From the NCBI GenBank assembly GCA_950097015.1, contig CATNEN010000013.1, positions 620,001 through 684,000 on the forward strand: a DNA stretch of 64,000 nucleotides. The letters run 5' to 3'. The DNA comes from Macrostomum hystrix (Eukaryota; Animalia; Platyhelminthes). Shown here in pieces: positions 37,271-49,032 of the stretch; the stretch's first letter is position 1; each line of letters starts with the position of its first letter. The notes beneath the pieces were generated by a model. The model was not told the origin of the DNA. It did no database searches and saw nothing but the letters and a program-made list of their open reading frames with translations. Both the position numbers and the translations under genes were made by a program.

Positions 37271-38418
37271 TTGCTTCGATTCTTTCTACGGTTCTTGCTT
37301 CGATTCTTTCTACGGTTCTTGCTTCGATTCTTTCTACGGTTCTTGCTTCGATTCTTTCTACGGTTCTTGCTTCGATTCTTTCTACGGTTCTTGCTTCGAT
37401 TCTTTCTACGGTTCTTGCTTCGATTCTTTCTACGGTTCTTGCTTCGATTCTTTCTACGGTTCTTGCTTCGATTACTTCTACGGTTATTGCTTCGATTCTT
37501 TCTACGGTTCTTGCTTGGATTCTTTCTACGGTTCTTGCTTCGATTCTTTCTACGGTTCTTGCTTCGATTCTTTCTACGGTTCTTGCTTCGATTACTTCTA
37601 CGGTTCTTGCTTCGATTCTTTCTACGGTTCTTGCTTCGATTCTTTCTACGGTTCTTGCTTCGATTCTTTCTACGGTTATTGCTTCGATTCTTTCTACGGT
37701 TCTTGCTTGGATTCTTTCTACGGTTCTTGCTTCGATTCTTTCTACGGTTCTTGCTTCGATTCTTTCTACGGTTCTTGCTTCGATTACTTCTACGGTTCTT
37801 GCTTCGATTCTTTCTACACTTCTTGCTTCGATTCTTTCTACACTTCTTGCTTCGATTCTTTCTACAGTTCTTGCTTCGATTCTTTCTAAGGTTCTTGCTT
37901 CGATTCTTTCTAAGGTTCTTGCTTGGATTCTTTCTAAGGTTCTTGCTTGGATTCTTTCTAAGGTTCTTGCTTCGATTCTTTCTAAGGTTATTGCTTGGAT
38001 TCTTTCTAAGGTTCTTGCTTCGATTCTTTCTAAGGTTCTTGCTTCGATTCTTTCTACAGTTCTTGCTTCGATTACTTCTACAGTTCTTGCTTCGATTACT
38101 TCTACAGTTCTTGCTTCGATTCTTTCTACAGTTCTTGCTTCGATTCTTTCTACAGTTCTTGCTTCGATTACTTCTACAGTTCTTGCTTCGATTACTTCTA
38201 CAGTTCTTGCTTCGATTCTTTCTAAGGTTCTTGCTTCGATTCTTTCTAAGGTTCTTGCTTCGATTACTTCTACGGTTCTTTCTTGCTTCGATTCTTTCTA
38301 AGGTTCTTGCTTCGATTCTTTCTAAGGTTCTTGCTTCGATTACTTCTACGGTTCTTTCTTGCTTCGATTCTTTCTACAGTTCTTGTTTCGATTCTTTCTA
38401 AGGTTTTTGCTTCGATTC
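37271..38418. repeat. 24-bp minisatellite (CTTGCTTCGATTCTTTCTACGGTT)n
   Basis: Direct reading. Confidence 0.97.
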
Positions 38419-39215
38419 TGCGACCCGTTTTACGCTTTTAGGTAAGGTAGTCCTGGAAGTCTTTGAATTTTCTGTACAATTAGAATTCGACCCTCGAGTT
38501 ACGCAACAGGCAATTCTGTTAGTTGTTAGCTCAGGTAAATTCACAGTTGTTAGCTAAAGAGCAAGTTGAAAATGCTAAAAAGACTTGTATATTCGAATCG
38601 AAGCAAATGAGCATTGGAAAAAAGCAGCCATGTTTGGCAGCTATAATACATGCGGTTTAGAAGGAAATAGTTACGCTGATTGCTTGTGACGTGAGTCGTA
38701 CTTGCACGGAAATTCTTGGGGCAGTCAGGGGCGGCTCGGCACCGCGGTGTCACATTTCAGCGCTACGCTGGCCTCTTTTCTTCGCCTTGACTACTCTTTT
38801 TCTCTTTTTTCTTCTTTAGCAAAGTAAAAACTGGGTTAGGCAGTTTTTTGCAAGGCCAGGTTGTCGCCTGAAGAAAAGTTACTATCCATTTTAGCTCCTT
38901 CTCTGCTCCTATATAATCAAGGCAGTGAGAGAGAATGCCTCGACAAGTTTTTCTCAGTGCTCACCATGGAACTCTAATTAGCGATCGGACTCAGCTATAG
39001 AGAGTCAGATCATTAGGCTGTCTACCTACCTGCCTACCTGCCTGCCCACCTGGCCTGTCTTCAATATCCCCACCTCTAGTTAGTCCTCGCGTGTGTTCTC
39101 GCAACAAAAAAATGTGGCAATTAAGGGTTCATGCAGCATTCCAAAATGCCTACTTATTTCTCTATATACAGCGCCCTATCTCGAACTTCAGTTTTCTATG
39201 CTTTCGAGTTTTCGA

Positions 39216-39480
39216 GGGGTTCGGTGGCAGAGCGGTTAACGCGTTTGCCTCTCGCACCAAGGTCCCTGAGCTCGATTCCGCGGTGAGGCCACATTTAATT
39301 GGGGCGCAGCCGCGGAGAGAAGGCTTGGTGTCTTTTTCGTGCAATTTACGCCCTTTAGGGCCAACCTCCAAGGCACAGTGAAGTGTACACTGCCTGAGGA
39401 TGAGAAAGTCAGGGCAGATGTACACACCTGTGTGAGCAAGTGCCTGCGTACGGTATCTGTGTGCGTGTGTGCTCAGGACC
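39216..39480 (+). mobile_element. tRNA-derived SINE family 2, most complete copy
   Basis: A-box TGGCAGAGCGG and degenerate B-box GAGCTCGATTCC; body shared with copies at 58.5, 59.8, 60.4 and 5.4 kb. Confidence 0.82.
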
Positions 39481-39925
39481 TGCAGGCTGCAGGTCTAGTG
39501 TCAATCATAGTCATCATTCTTATTATAGTTTTTCGAGTTTAAGTTAGCAAGCCGCCAGGAACAGAACGGATAAATGCACATGTGCAAATTTTATTCCAAC
39601 ATTTAACCCGATGCGCAAATTGAATAAAAAAGTTCTCTATTTGCAAGGCCGGGACGCTAAGAAGCAAGTGTGAACGAGACCGCATATTCACCTGAGGCAA
39701 CACATCTGCTTGCTGCAGCTGCTAACTGCCCTGTCCTATGCACCGGCTTCCCCAGCTAACCCAAACAGTTCTACTGCACAGCGCTGATCCCGACAGCCCG
39801 AGGGCTCGCCAAAAACTCCCTCAGCCCCTCTGACTGACTGACAGCTGCATCCAGAACCTCAGCCTCTCCACCAGTTCTGACGACACCCTCCCCGCCTCAT
39901 TTTGCAGCCTTGCAAAGCAATTAGG

Positions 39926-39926
<1 letters not shown>

Positions 39927-39985
<59 letters not shown>
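39927..39985. repeat. (GT)n microsatellite
   Basis: Direct reading. Confidence 0.97.
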
Positions 39986-40435
39986 TTGCAGACAGCCAGA
40001 AGAAGGCTGCACGGGAGGATAAGAGGAGAACCGAATTGATTGGCGAGCTTGATTGGTCAGGCGGGACTTTGTTAGCTAAGGCTTTGAAGCCCAACCCCTG
40101 TTCCTCCACACTCTCTTCTGCTCCTCTTTTTTCTCCCAACAACCATCCCAACCCCGAACCACACGCCGCTTCGTGGCGGGGGTCCCCATCCCTATAGCCG
40201 CGGGGCGACTAATGACGCAGAGTAGAAGCCAGGCTTTTCTGACGAACCCAAACTAAAGCTGACTTTGCCTAAACTGTTAACAACGGTCCTGTATTAAACT
40301 CGATTCTTCAAACTCTTTTAGAAAAGAAGCGGAAACACAAGCGACTGAAAGTATTTTCAAACACACGAAAGAAAGCCATCAATTTTCAATATATTTCAAG
40401 AAAAAAGTATTGGGTGTTGATTTCAGAGTCGCCTC

Positions 40436-40497
40436 ATTTGGCACTAACAGAGTCGGCGACAGAATGACACAGCATCGACGATTCCATCAGTGCCAAG
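40436..40497 (-). ncRNA. mir-96: miR-96-family microRNA precursor; predicted mature 5p CUUGGCACUGAUGGAAUCGUCG (40497-40476)
   Basis: Seed UUGGCAC and a CUUGGCACUG..GGAAU body typical of protostome miR-96/miR-263b. The 5p arm pairs with the 3p arm UCGCCGACUCUGUUAGUGCCAA with only two internal mismatches (G-U allowed). 15-nt loop; lower stem extends (UCGC/GCGA, CAGAG/CUCUG). Confidence 0.88.
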
Positions 40498-40811
40498 AGC
40501 TGCGAGTGCTCTGTTGCTGTCCTAGAGGACAATGGACTTTATAGCTGTATTCACACACTTGTATATATATATTGTATATTTAGAATAGTGTCACAGGAAA
40601 CATATGGTCCAGTTTGGGTCCAGTTGTCAACTTGAACAGCTTGATAGCTAACGGCTTGGCGATGTCAATATGTTAAAATAGCCTAGCCATGTAACGCATT
40701 AATCATTAACATATTTGCAGAGGTTAGACCTGATTTTTCTCTTTGCTTAATTAGCATAATTAACACTCGCCTTACTGTAATATATGCCTAACAGGAAACT
40801 GCAAGTAGAGC

Positions 40812-40825
40812 GTTGCCATGGAAAC
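40812..40825. promoter_or_regulatory. RFX X-box GTTGCCATGGAAAC
   Basis: One mismatch from the palindromic X-box GTTGCCATGGCAAC; about 315 bp upstream of the miR-96 5p end on the minus strand. Confidence 0.6.
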
Positions 40826-42689
40826 CAACAAAGCTTACAGTCGGAGGCTGCATAAATAAATTATTATAGAAACAGAATATATACAGTAATATATATATAT
40901 AGGACTTGGGAAAGCTTCAATATTGATTTCCGATAAGTGCTATCAATCGATCAGTGTCTTATCGCTACAATTCTCTTATCTACCTCTGTATATTAAGAAG
41001 GTAAAAATATGGATTTTCTCATTAACTTCCAACGCCAACACAAGTATTTAGAAAGTTTTTCATTCTTTCTTGGTTTAGTGTTATAATGCGTAATTTTTTT
41101 AGTGCAAATTCGCAAAATTCATCTCTATACTTTGCGCACAATCCATTTTATGTAGCGAATTTTGTATACTGCCTAAACTGGCTATAGTTGCTAATGCAGA
41201 GCGCAATGTTAAATGTGCCTTCATAAATTTATGCCTAGTTTTAGTAGAAAAATTGGTTCAACCTTACCTCAGCGGGCGCCGGCCGCCCTGCAGACACTGG
41301 ACACTGGTGGCAGGGGGGAGCAATGGTCGAGCGAGCGGCAGCGAAGGGGGCTCCCCTGGCGCCGATGGGCCCCTGTATTTAACTAGACCGGCTAGCCAAC
41401 CAGAATGCAGCCAACCTTGCCTATAGCTGACTGACTGGCTAGCCCACCCCATCCCAGCCCGCCCGCCCGTGCGGCTTCAGGAGGTGGAGAGAGGGGAGAT
41501 TGGAAGGATGGGGTCTCCCGCCTCCTCCTGCGGTCGTCTGTCGCCTTATTTTGCCTAACTGGATAGACAGGCAGAGGGGAGAGGAATTGGGGGGGGGAGC
41601 GAGTCAGGCGAAAGACGAGATTGAGGAAAATTTCTGTTCTATTCCGGCCTCATCCTACGTCATCCTTAGACGATGCTGTCGCTATAGCCCTCTCTCTCAC
41701 CGCGGCCAGAATCCCTAATCCTACACAGAATTCCCATCGCGCCTTAAGTTTGGGGTTTCGGGAATATTATCCTTTCTCTATCTATGCGTTCACCGCGTGT
41801 TCGCATGTACGCTCGCCACCCATTCCTCCCTATCCCTTACTCTCTCTCTCTCTCTCTCTCTCTCCAGATTGTGAAGAAATAATCTACATTAGTCAAGAGG
41901 GACTGTGTGAGCACACTGTGCTCACGCTTCGATCTTTCTCACTGGTCCCAAAGCAGTCCAGTTTTTTCTCAGTGGCAGTATGAGGCGGAGAGACTTGGAT
42001 GGGAGGTTAATTTTGGATTGGATAGGCTAGAACTAGACTCTAAAGTGGCGGACGAAATAAACTGAAAGAGATGAAGTTGGGGGAGAGTCTGGAGGGCATA
42101 GAGACCCGAGACTGCTCAAGCGTGCTCCACGGGGGAGGGCTGCTGATTGATCGATTGATTTCAAGTCAAGGGTAGGTCGGCCAAATTCTCATTTCCTTCT
42201 TTCTTACTTTTGGCTCAGGCAGGCATTCGCGGCACTGGATCGATAGTAGAAGATGAAGGATGTGGAAGGAGTTGAGAGACAGGGGAGAGAAAATGGGATC
42301 GGGGGTGGTGGAGAGGAGAGTCGAAGTTCTGCGGTTAGTCGAACCGATGAGAATCCCCCCCCGAGTCCCGCGTTTCCAATTTCCTCCGCGGCTGACTGAA
42401 CTCCTTTCCATTTCCCCGAGTGAGAATAAATTTCTGCTTGGTACTGTTTGGAGTTGGGCTAAGAGATGTTGGCTGAGCAGGAGGGGTTGGTCGGCGCTAG
42501 ATTCGAATCAAAGTCACGCACGACGCTAAGATACCAATCTCGGATCACAAATCCCATTTGAGCTCACACAAAATCCTATCTTTACTATATATTCTATTAT
42601 ACAAACTGTGTTAGTTTATGTTTAGGATAAATTAATGGCTCTCTGATCCCAAACTCGATCGCGCGAGATCCCAAAAAGATAGTAGGCAA

Positions 42690-43065
42690 TCCCATCTCGA
42701 TTGAGTAAGATCCCATCTCAATTTAATAAGATCCCATCTCAATTTAATAAGATCCCATCTCAATTTAATAAGATACCATCTCAATTTAATAAGATCCAAT
42801 CTCAATTTAATAAGAACTTATCTCAACTCAACTTAATAAGATCCCATCTAGATTGTATAAGATCCCATCTTGATGGTATTAGATCCCATTTCGGTTCTAT
42901 AAGATCCCATCTCAGTTTAATAAGATCCCATCTCGATTGTATAAGATCCCATCTTGATGGTATAAGATCCCATCTTGATTGAATAAGATCCCATCTCGAT
43001 TGAATAAGATCCCATCTCAATTGTAGAAGATCCCAACTCGATTATATAAGATCCCATCTCTATTG
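42690..43065. repeat. 21-bp minisatellite (AATAAGATCCCATCTCAATTT)n
   Basis: Direct reading. Confidence 0.93.
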
Positions 43066-43199
43066 TATAATATTCTTAAATTAAAAAGAGTGCATGCCCA
43101 TTTTCTTTTTGTGGAATTGCCTGAAAATGTCTCGTTTTAATTCGTCAAGCATTTTCATTGTTAGAACACTTTAGTTTGTGCTTTAGCTATGAGTCTGTC

Positions 43200-43290
43200 G
43201 ATGGGGTGCGTTAGAGCGTCGGATTTACGGCTTGAAGGTCAGGGGTTCGAATCCCAACTCCACTGTAACAAAAGACACTTGCTCTGCGTT
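43200..43290 (+). mobile_element. SINE family 1, tRNA-like head fragment
   Basis: TTAGAGCGTCGGATTTACGGCTTGAAGGTCAGGGGTTCGAATCCC...AAGACACTT matches the heads of the other copies. Confidence 0.75.
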
Positions 43291-45575
43291 ACTTTTAAAT
43301 TTAGGTTGCAATAAAATGTGAATATTATTTAAAATGCTAATTATACGTTCAGTTTAAATTTGTTAGGCACTAGCTATAAATTACATTCCGAATAGGAAAG
43401 GTTGGTCTTAGAATTGAAATGGTAGAATTTGTATTGCAGCTAAAACTTGTCAGAGCAGTGACAGTTTCACATTTCAAATTTTATCAGGTTTTTTAGCTGC
43501 AAAAGTTAAACAGGAAATTTTTTAATTTTCACGCGCTTTTTTGGAGAATTCTGAAGGGTGCCTTGGCTTGAGTACACAGCGGTGTACTCAATGCCCTAGT
43601 GCATAAGATACACCTCAGTCTGAGCCCCCGCTGTGAGTAGCTCAGAAAGGAAGCCTCATATTACACAGCTGCTATATAAGGAAATAAGAGAGATTCTTTA
43701 GTTTAGATCCCAAAGTCAGATAGGAAAACTAGGCTTGAGAACTGATTAGTTTCCAACGTATAGAAGGTGAGTCAGACCTTATTGCAGTGAGTTCCCTTCC
43801 CCAGATCCACCGACAGGACCTGAAAAAAAATAAGAAAGAGAAGCCAAGCAGTAATTTAGGAAGGCCAAATTCCATTGAGCCAACTTGACCTTGCAGCATC
43901 TGTGTGGCGGACCCACCACAGGAGGCCCACAGGAAACTAATTATTAGAATAGATAATGATGGAGAAGCAGAATATGGGAATAGGACGAGGACGAGATTGT
44001 GGAGCCAGAGAATCTTTCGGGGCAACCAAGTCCCTGTTCTTGCTCCGGGAAGAAAAATAGGGAGAAGGGGACATTCGCCTCATCCCTGTGGGCCGTCAAT
44101 CGAAGCTCCCGAGCCGAAGGGAAGGACTTGAAGGCCCGGGATGGCAAGGTGGAATGGGATGTGGATTAGACCGAACCGGCCACGAGCGAGTTTGGGGTGG
44201 AGGGGCCCTTGAAAGCCCCGGTGGCTCTGGAAGGAAAAGGGAGCCAGGGGCTGACGATGGGGAACGGAGAGACCAGGCGCTGGCGCGGAAGGGGAGCAGA
44301 TTTCGATCGATATTCTGCAAGCATGCAGCTTTTGCACGCGCCAAGGAAACAGAGCGCTGCGAGGGGGGGCTGGTGGAAGCGGCGAGTGCGGGGCTTGGGG
44401 GAGCACGCAAGCACGCCCGGAGCCGAGTAGGGCAAAGCAGGGGGAGAAAAAGAGGCAGCATTAAGCGAGGGTTGGGAGAAGGAGAGGCGGGGCAGCTGCG
44501 GGGGGTTTCTAGCAGTTGCATCGAAAATTTGGTTCGAGTGGAGGCTCGAGTAGGGCAGATGGGAGCCATAGGTGGGCCTGAGTCGACAGGATGAATTTTT
44601 TATTTTCGCCCGTCTCTGGTTCTGATACCACAGTTCGTCAACTTCATTACTGCCCGCTGCTGCTGCTGCTGCTTCTGGCTGTCTGCGAGCAGTCTGCTTG
44701 AGTATATTTATTTCCCTCTCAGGTTCTGTTATAGAAAATGCACTCTTCGCCCAAGCATTAAAATGCAAAGCAATATAGACGGTCTATCAATACAGAGCAT
44801 GCTCGATCGATTTGTTTTATAATTCTTCTCTATAAGCGCTTTTTGAAGCAGTCGAAGCTAGTCTTTTACTGTAAAAGGAAACGGCTTGTAGCCTTCCCAA
44901 GAGAGAAAAACATCGCATGTGTTGTTTTTTAATAAAATATTACAAGTTCCCATCACATGGATTAATAGATGGATTTTAAGCAAAAAAGTGAGAATGTCGC
45001 TGAATCTTTGCTAACTGCTTAGTGTTCTACTTAGAGTAACAAATTATAATAAAATTAGACAAGAAACCTCAACTCCCCATTCTAAGTAACCACAGTCTAA
45101 AAGGGACAGCTCAAGTCAGTATAACAGTCAAGTGAAACGATTGATGAAACCTTAAAAATTAGTTTAAGCCCGTCACAAAGCTGAATGCTTTTACCTGCAA
45201 CTTGCGATTAAACCGAAACTGAATTTTATAATGAGAAGAAGAGATGGAGCGATTTCCAATAACTTTTTTCTTTCTATAAAGTTCTAATTTATACTAAGTT
45301 AGACACACTAGGTCTAGAATTTTTCGCGTTTTATTCGTTTTTTTGTTTAAGTTAAACTGAGCTTTACGTCTGACCAATCTGAGTTGGGGTTTTTTATTTT
45401 TTCACTGTACGAAACGTTTTCTATATCTAGACTGAACTACTTCTCTTTATACTACAAACTTCTCGTATGTTTCTCGAAAATCTTATTTGAGTTTAAAATA
45501 TTCTGCGAACAGTTATAAGAAAAATTTATTAACTTTTGATTGCACCTGAAGAATCTAATTTATTCAAGCATTAGA

Positions 45576-46876
45576 ATGATACACAAGGCGTCTTATTTCT
45601 ATACTGCAGCGGTTCTGTTGTCAATGTTTGGTAAGTTCCCAGCATATTCTGAAAGAAAGCTTCTTATCTGCACAATACTTATGCCGCAGTTTACTTTCAT
45701 AATGATATTAATCCAGAATGTCCACGTTCTCACACTAGATTGACACTTGTTTTTCGGTTAAAAAATGCAAAAACTGAAATTAGATTTTGGGAAAAGCTGT
45801 AGTAAAAATGCTAAAACTTTTTAAATTGCTTTACTAGAAAAGAAATAGAAAGAAAAATATTAGTCTAATAAAGGTTACAATGAAATAACGTTCTTAGACT
45901 CCATGATGCAAGGGAGCGAAATGAAATTAAATATATGCGTAACACTTCCTAAATAATAATGAATAAAATATAATCATCTGTCTGTGTACAAAGCTGAGTC
46001 TTAATTATTTTTTAGCTACTATATTAACCAGAAAATTCAGATCAGTTGATTATATATTTTTATTTTTAGCTTGGGTATACATTTTTAGAGAACAATGTAA
46101 AGTGATTCAAATTTTCAGTCTTTCTTTCATTTAATGCAACATATAGATTTTCAACTGCATGCATAATTTATGAATTTTGTACTTGACATAATTTGTGAAA
46201 CAAATAGTATTAACTTACTTAATTAATGCTTAATTACATAATAAATGTATTATCCTTTTACAAAACTATATTACATTTTTGTGTAAATTTACAAGAATTA
46301 TTTTTAACTATGTTTTTTAACTATGTTGTATAAAAACTATGTTTTTGCTATAATACATTCAGAGCTAATAATAGAGTTGCAAGATACATAGACAAAGTCA
46401 TTAATATGAGAGCTAATATGATCAAAATGCATATCGAAATACAAAATACGCAAAAAGGTATGCTTAAAATCCACACAAATCCCTGCTTGATAGGAACGTC
46501 GCTAGCGCATCAAAACAACATCCTCAAACACAAAAGCAACAGTAGCAGCGACAGCAGCCGAAATGTGTCGAAATCGATCAACGCTACCCCCAAGACTGAT
46601 GTACGCTTGTCTACTAACTCACCTGCCAGCCAAACTAAGCTGCCATCTGAAGCTATAGCTACTCAAGCACCGGTGTTGTCAACTAAAAGTGCATCGAACG
46701 TACCTACTACCGTTCCCACTGCCAAACCGGTGTTACCCACACCTGGTACCGGGAGCTTCGACGGCACCTCATTCTTTGGCGGCTTTGTGCTGGCCGTTGG
46801 CCTAGCTGTCATCGGTTTAGTCGTCTACAAGGTCTGCTTCAACCGTTCCACCGGACCAAACTATAGCCATTTCTGA
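45576..46876 (+). CDS. CD164/porimin-like type I transmembrane sialomucin, about 199 aa; exons 45576-45630, 45690-45756, 46363-46457, 46494-46876
   Basis: All four exons join in phase (1, 2, 1) at GT-AG sites. Signal peptide MIHKASYFYTAAVLLSMF; S/T/P-rich mucin stalk; family signature FDGTSFFGGFVL preceding the TM helix; tail ending NYSHF (YxxPhi; compare CD164 NYHTL). AATAAA at 46948. Confidence 0.75.
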
Positions 46877-47564
46877 GTGCCGCACTCAGAAAAAAGTTTT
46901 AGGGATCATTTTGGCAGGAATTTTATGTACTCGAAAGCTTGCTTCCTAATAAACTTCCCATCTAAATGAACTGCGTTTTGAAACTAACAAAAGTGCATTA
47001 AATTTTAAATTTTTATAGCGCTTGTGAACTCAAATTTAATAGTATGTATTTTTTATCATTTAATTTTCTTGCAGGTTCTATGGCTCGTATCTTTGAACAA
47101 GTAAAATTGAAATCACAAATAAAATTCGCACAGACAGTTGGTTGAGTATAAACAATATACCCAATGCAGCTATGCACAGTTCATTTGCATTGACTTTCAT
47201 CATAATATTTAACCCTGTCTTTTTGTCCTGATCTGGTGTTTGGTATTCTATTATAGAGCGACTACTGCATGTGGTGTTTAATTATTATGCATTGCTTTCC
47301 ACAAATCATAATGAACTCTACAAGCTTCCTTTCTGTTATTTTCATAAGTTGCAAAGACAAATGCTTTTTAAACAAACGACTGACTGATGGATGCATGTTC
47401 ATTCTGAAACAATGACATTTATTAATTTATTCAGACAGATTGCTATTAAATATTTCAAGTAAAAGTACAAAAAGCACTCGTTCGGAGTTATTTAAAAAAA
47501 GTTTTTTATGAACGAAATTTATCTTTTATTTCTAACTTGGCTCGCTAGTCAACTTAGAAACTAG

Positions 47565-48170
47565 CAGAGGTAGGCAAACTCCGGCCCGCGGGCCAGATGC
47601 GGCCCTCGAAGCTCCTAAATCCGGCCCGTTGCCCCTTCCGACGCCTACAGTATCCTGTTTATCTTTCCCCTGTCTCATCTCTCCCGTGACTCATCTCTCC
47701 CATGTCTCATCTCTCCCGTGTCTCATCTCTCACATGTCTCATCTCTCCCGTGTCTCATCTCTCACATGTCTCATCTCTCACATGTCTCATCTCTCCTGTG
47801 TCTCATCTCTCCCGTGTCTCATCTCTCACATGTCTCATCTCTCACATGTCTCATCTCTTCCGTGTCTCATCTCTCACATGTCTCATCTCTCCCATGTCTC
47901 ATCTCTCCCGTGTCTCATCTCTCCCATGTCTCATCTCTCCCGTGTCTCATCTCTCACATGTCTCATCTCTCCCGTGTCTCATCTCTCACATGTCTCATCT
48001 CTCACATGTCTCATCTCTCCCGTGTCTCATCTCTCACATGTCTCATCTCTCACATGTCTCATCTCTCCCGTGTCTCATCTCTCACATGTCTCATCTCTCC
48101 CTTGTCTTATCTGGCCCTGTCTTTTAGGTTGTCTGTTTCGCCCACTAACTAATAAGTTTTCCGTCCCTTG
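47565..48170 (+). mobile_element. hAT-Charlie/MER58-like MITE containing a 16-bp minisatellite
   Basis: Left end CAGAGGGTAGGCAAACTCCGGCCCGCGGGCCAGATGCGGCCC; subterminal ATCTGGCCC and degenerate right end GTTTTCCGTCCCTTG; AACTAG on both flanks. Confidence 0.68.
47660..48110. repeat. 16-bp minisatellite (TGTCTCATCTCTCCCG / TGTCTCATCTCTCACA)n
   Basis: Direct reading. Confidence 0.96.
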
Positions 48171-48654
48171 AACTAGAGTGAGCGTACATTGTGTGAATTT
48201 CGCATTTGTTGACATACACAAATATGCGCCATTTAAATAACGCATTCCATGATCCCTGATCCCATGCGAAAGCTGAGTCAGTTCCGGGCGAATCTCTAAA
48301 TTGCTATCAGATGTGACTCTCGAATTCAATGCTTAAAATGTATATTGATCTGTGGTGCCCAGTGTTTCACATCCCAAATGGCGGAAGTGTTGTCCCACTA
48401 GTGTAGTCCCGGATTTTCAAGTTGCGTAGAGTATAGAATTATTATATGCTACCAGCTAGAATGTACAATTACTTTTTAGAATAATTTTAATCTAGAATAA
48501 ATTTATATGTGAAGAAGTTCTATCCTTGTTTGAAGAAGAAATCTCAAGAAAACGTTTTTCTATTCGCAGTTCGAGATCTATAATGCCTTTGTTACTTTCT
48601 TATAGATAAATAGAATGAATAGATATAAATCACTCCTAGCCTAGCCTAGTTGCG

Positions 48655-48710
48655 AGCGATGTACAGCCGCAGCTATTGCGCTGTACGGCTGTTCAGTCTG
48701 TGGACTGATT
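48655..48710 (-). mobile_element. SINE family 1, 3'-domain fragment
   Basis: GCTGTACGGCTGTTCAGTCTGTGGACTG is the reverse complement of the conserved hairpin region. Confidence 0.65.
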
Positions 48711-49032
48711 AAGTAAAACTTTTAAGTCATCTCAGCTTTTTTATCTGAAGTGCTGCCAAATTAAAACGATTTTTTTGGCAAAAAGGCACTGCACTACAAC
48801 TTTTAATTTGTAACTGATTGGCTACAATTTCGAGAGAAGAAAATCATTAAAACACAAAAAAAATCATTTCTAAAACGCGCTTATCGAAGACATTCGCAGT
48901 AAAACAACTACAATTACGGCTCGTGTGAATTTGGTTGAGACAGGACTGCTCTGAAAGCATTATCTGACACAATGGAAAAGATGATCGAATAATGCAGCAT
49001 TGGCAATTCAATGGTCTTCGTCTAAAAAGAAA

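Noticed and set aside
37246-38401. 351-aa MKRFHFKI(LASILSTV)n amphipathic ORF and overlapping frames
   Set aside because: All three frames are open because the unit is 24 bp. The array is homologous to the 14-kb satellite and the frame breaks near 38280. The upstream ATG is probably fortuitous.
39392-39420. CTGAGGA-TGA-GAAA hammerhead-like core in SINE family 2
   Set aside because: Stem II is absent and the motif is not conserved in the 58.5-kb copy (CCGACGATAAAAA).
44591-44700. Leu-rich MNFLFS...LLLLLLLAVCEQSA as first exon of the mucin gene
   Set aside because: It ends in TGA without a usable donor. A better phase-consistent signal-peptide exon exists at 45576-45630.
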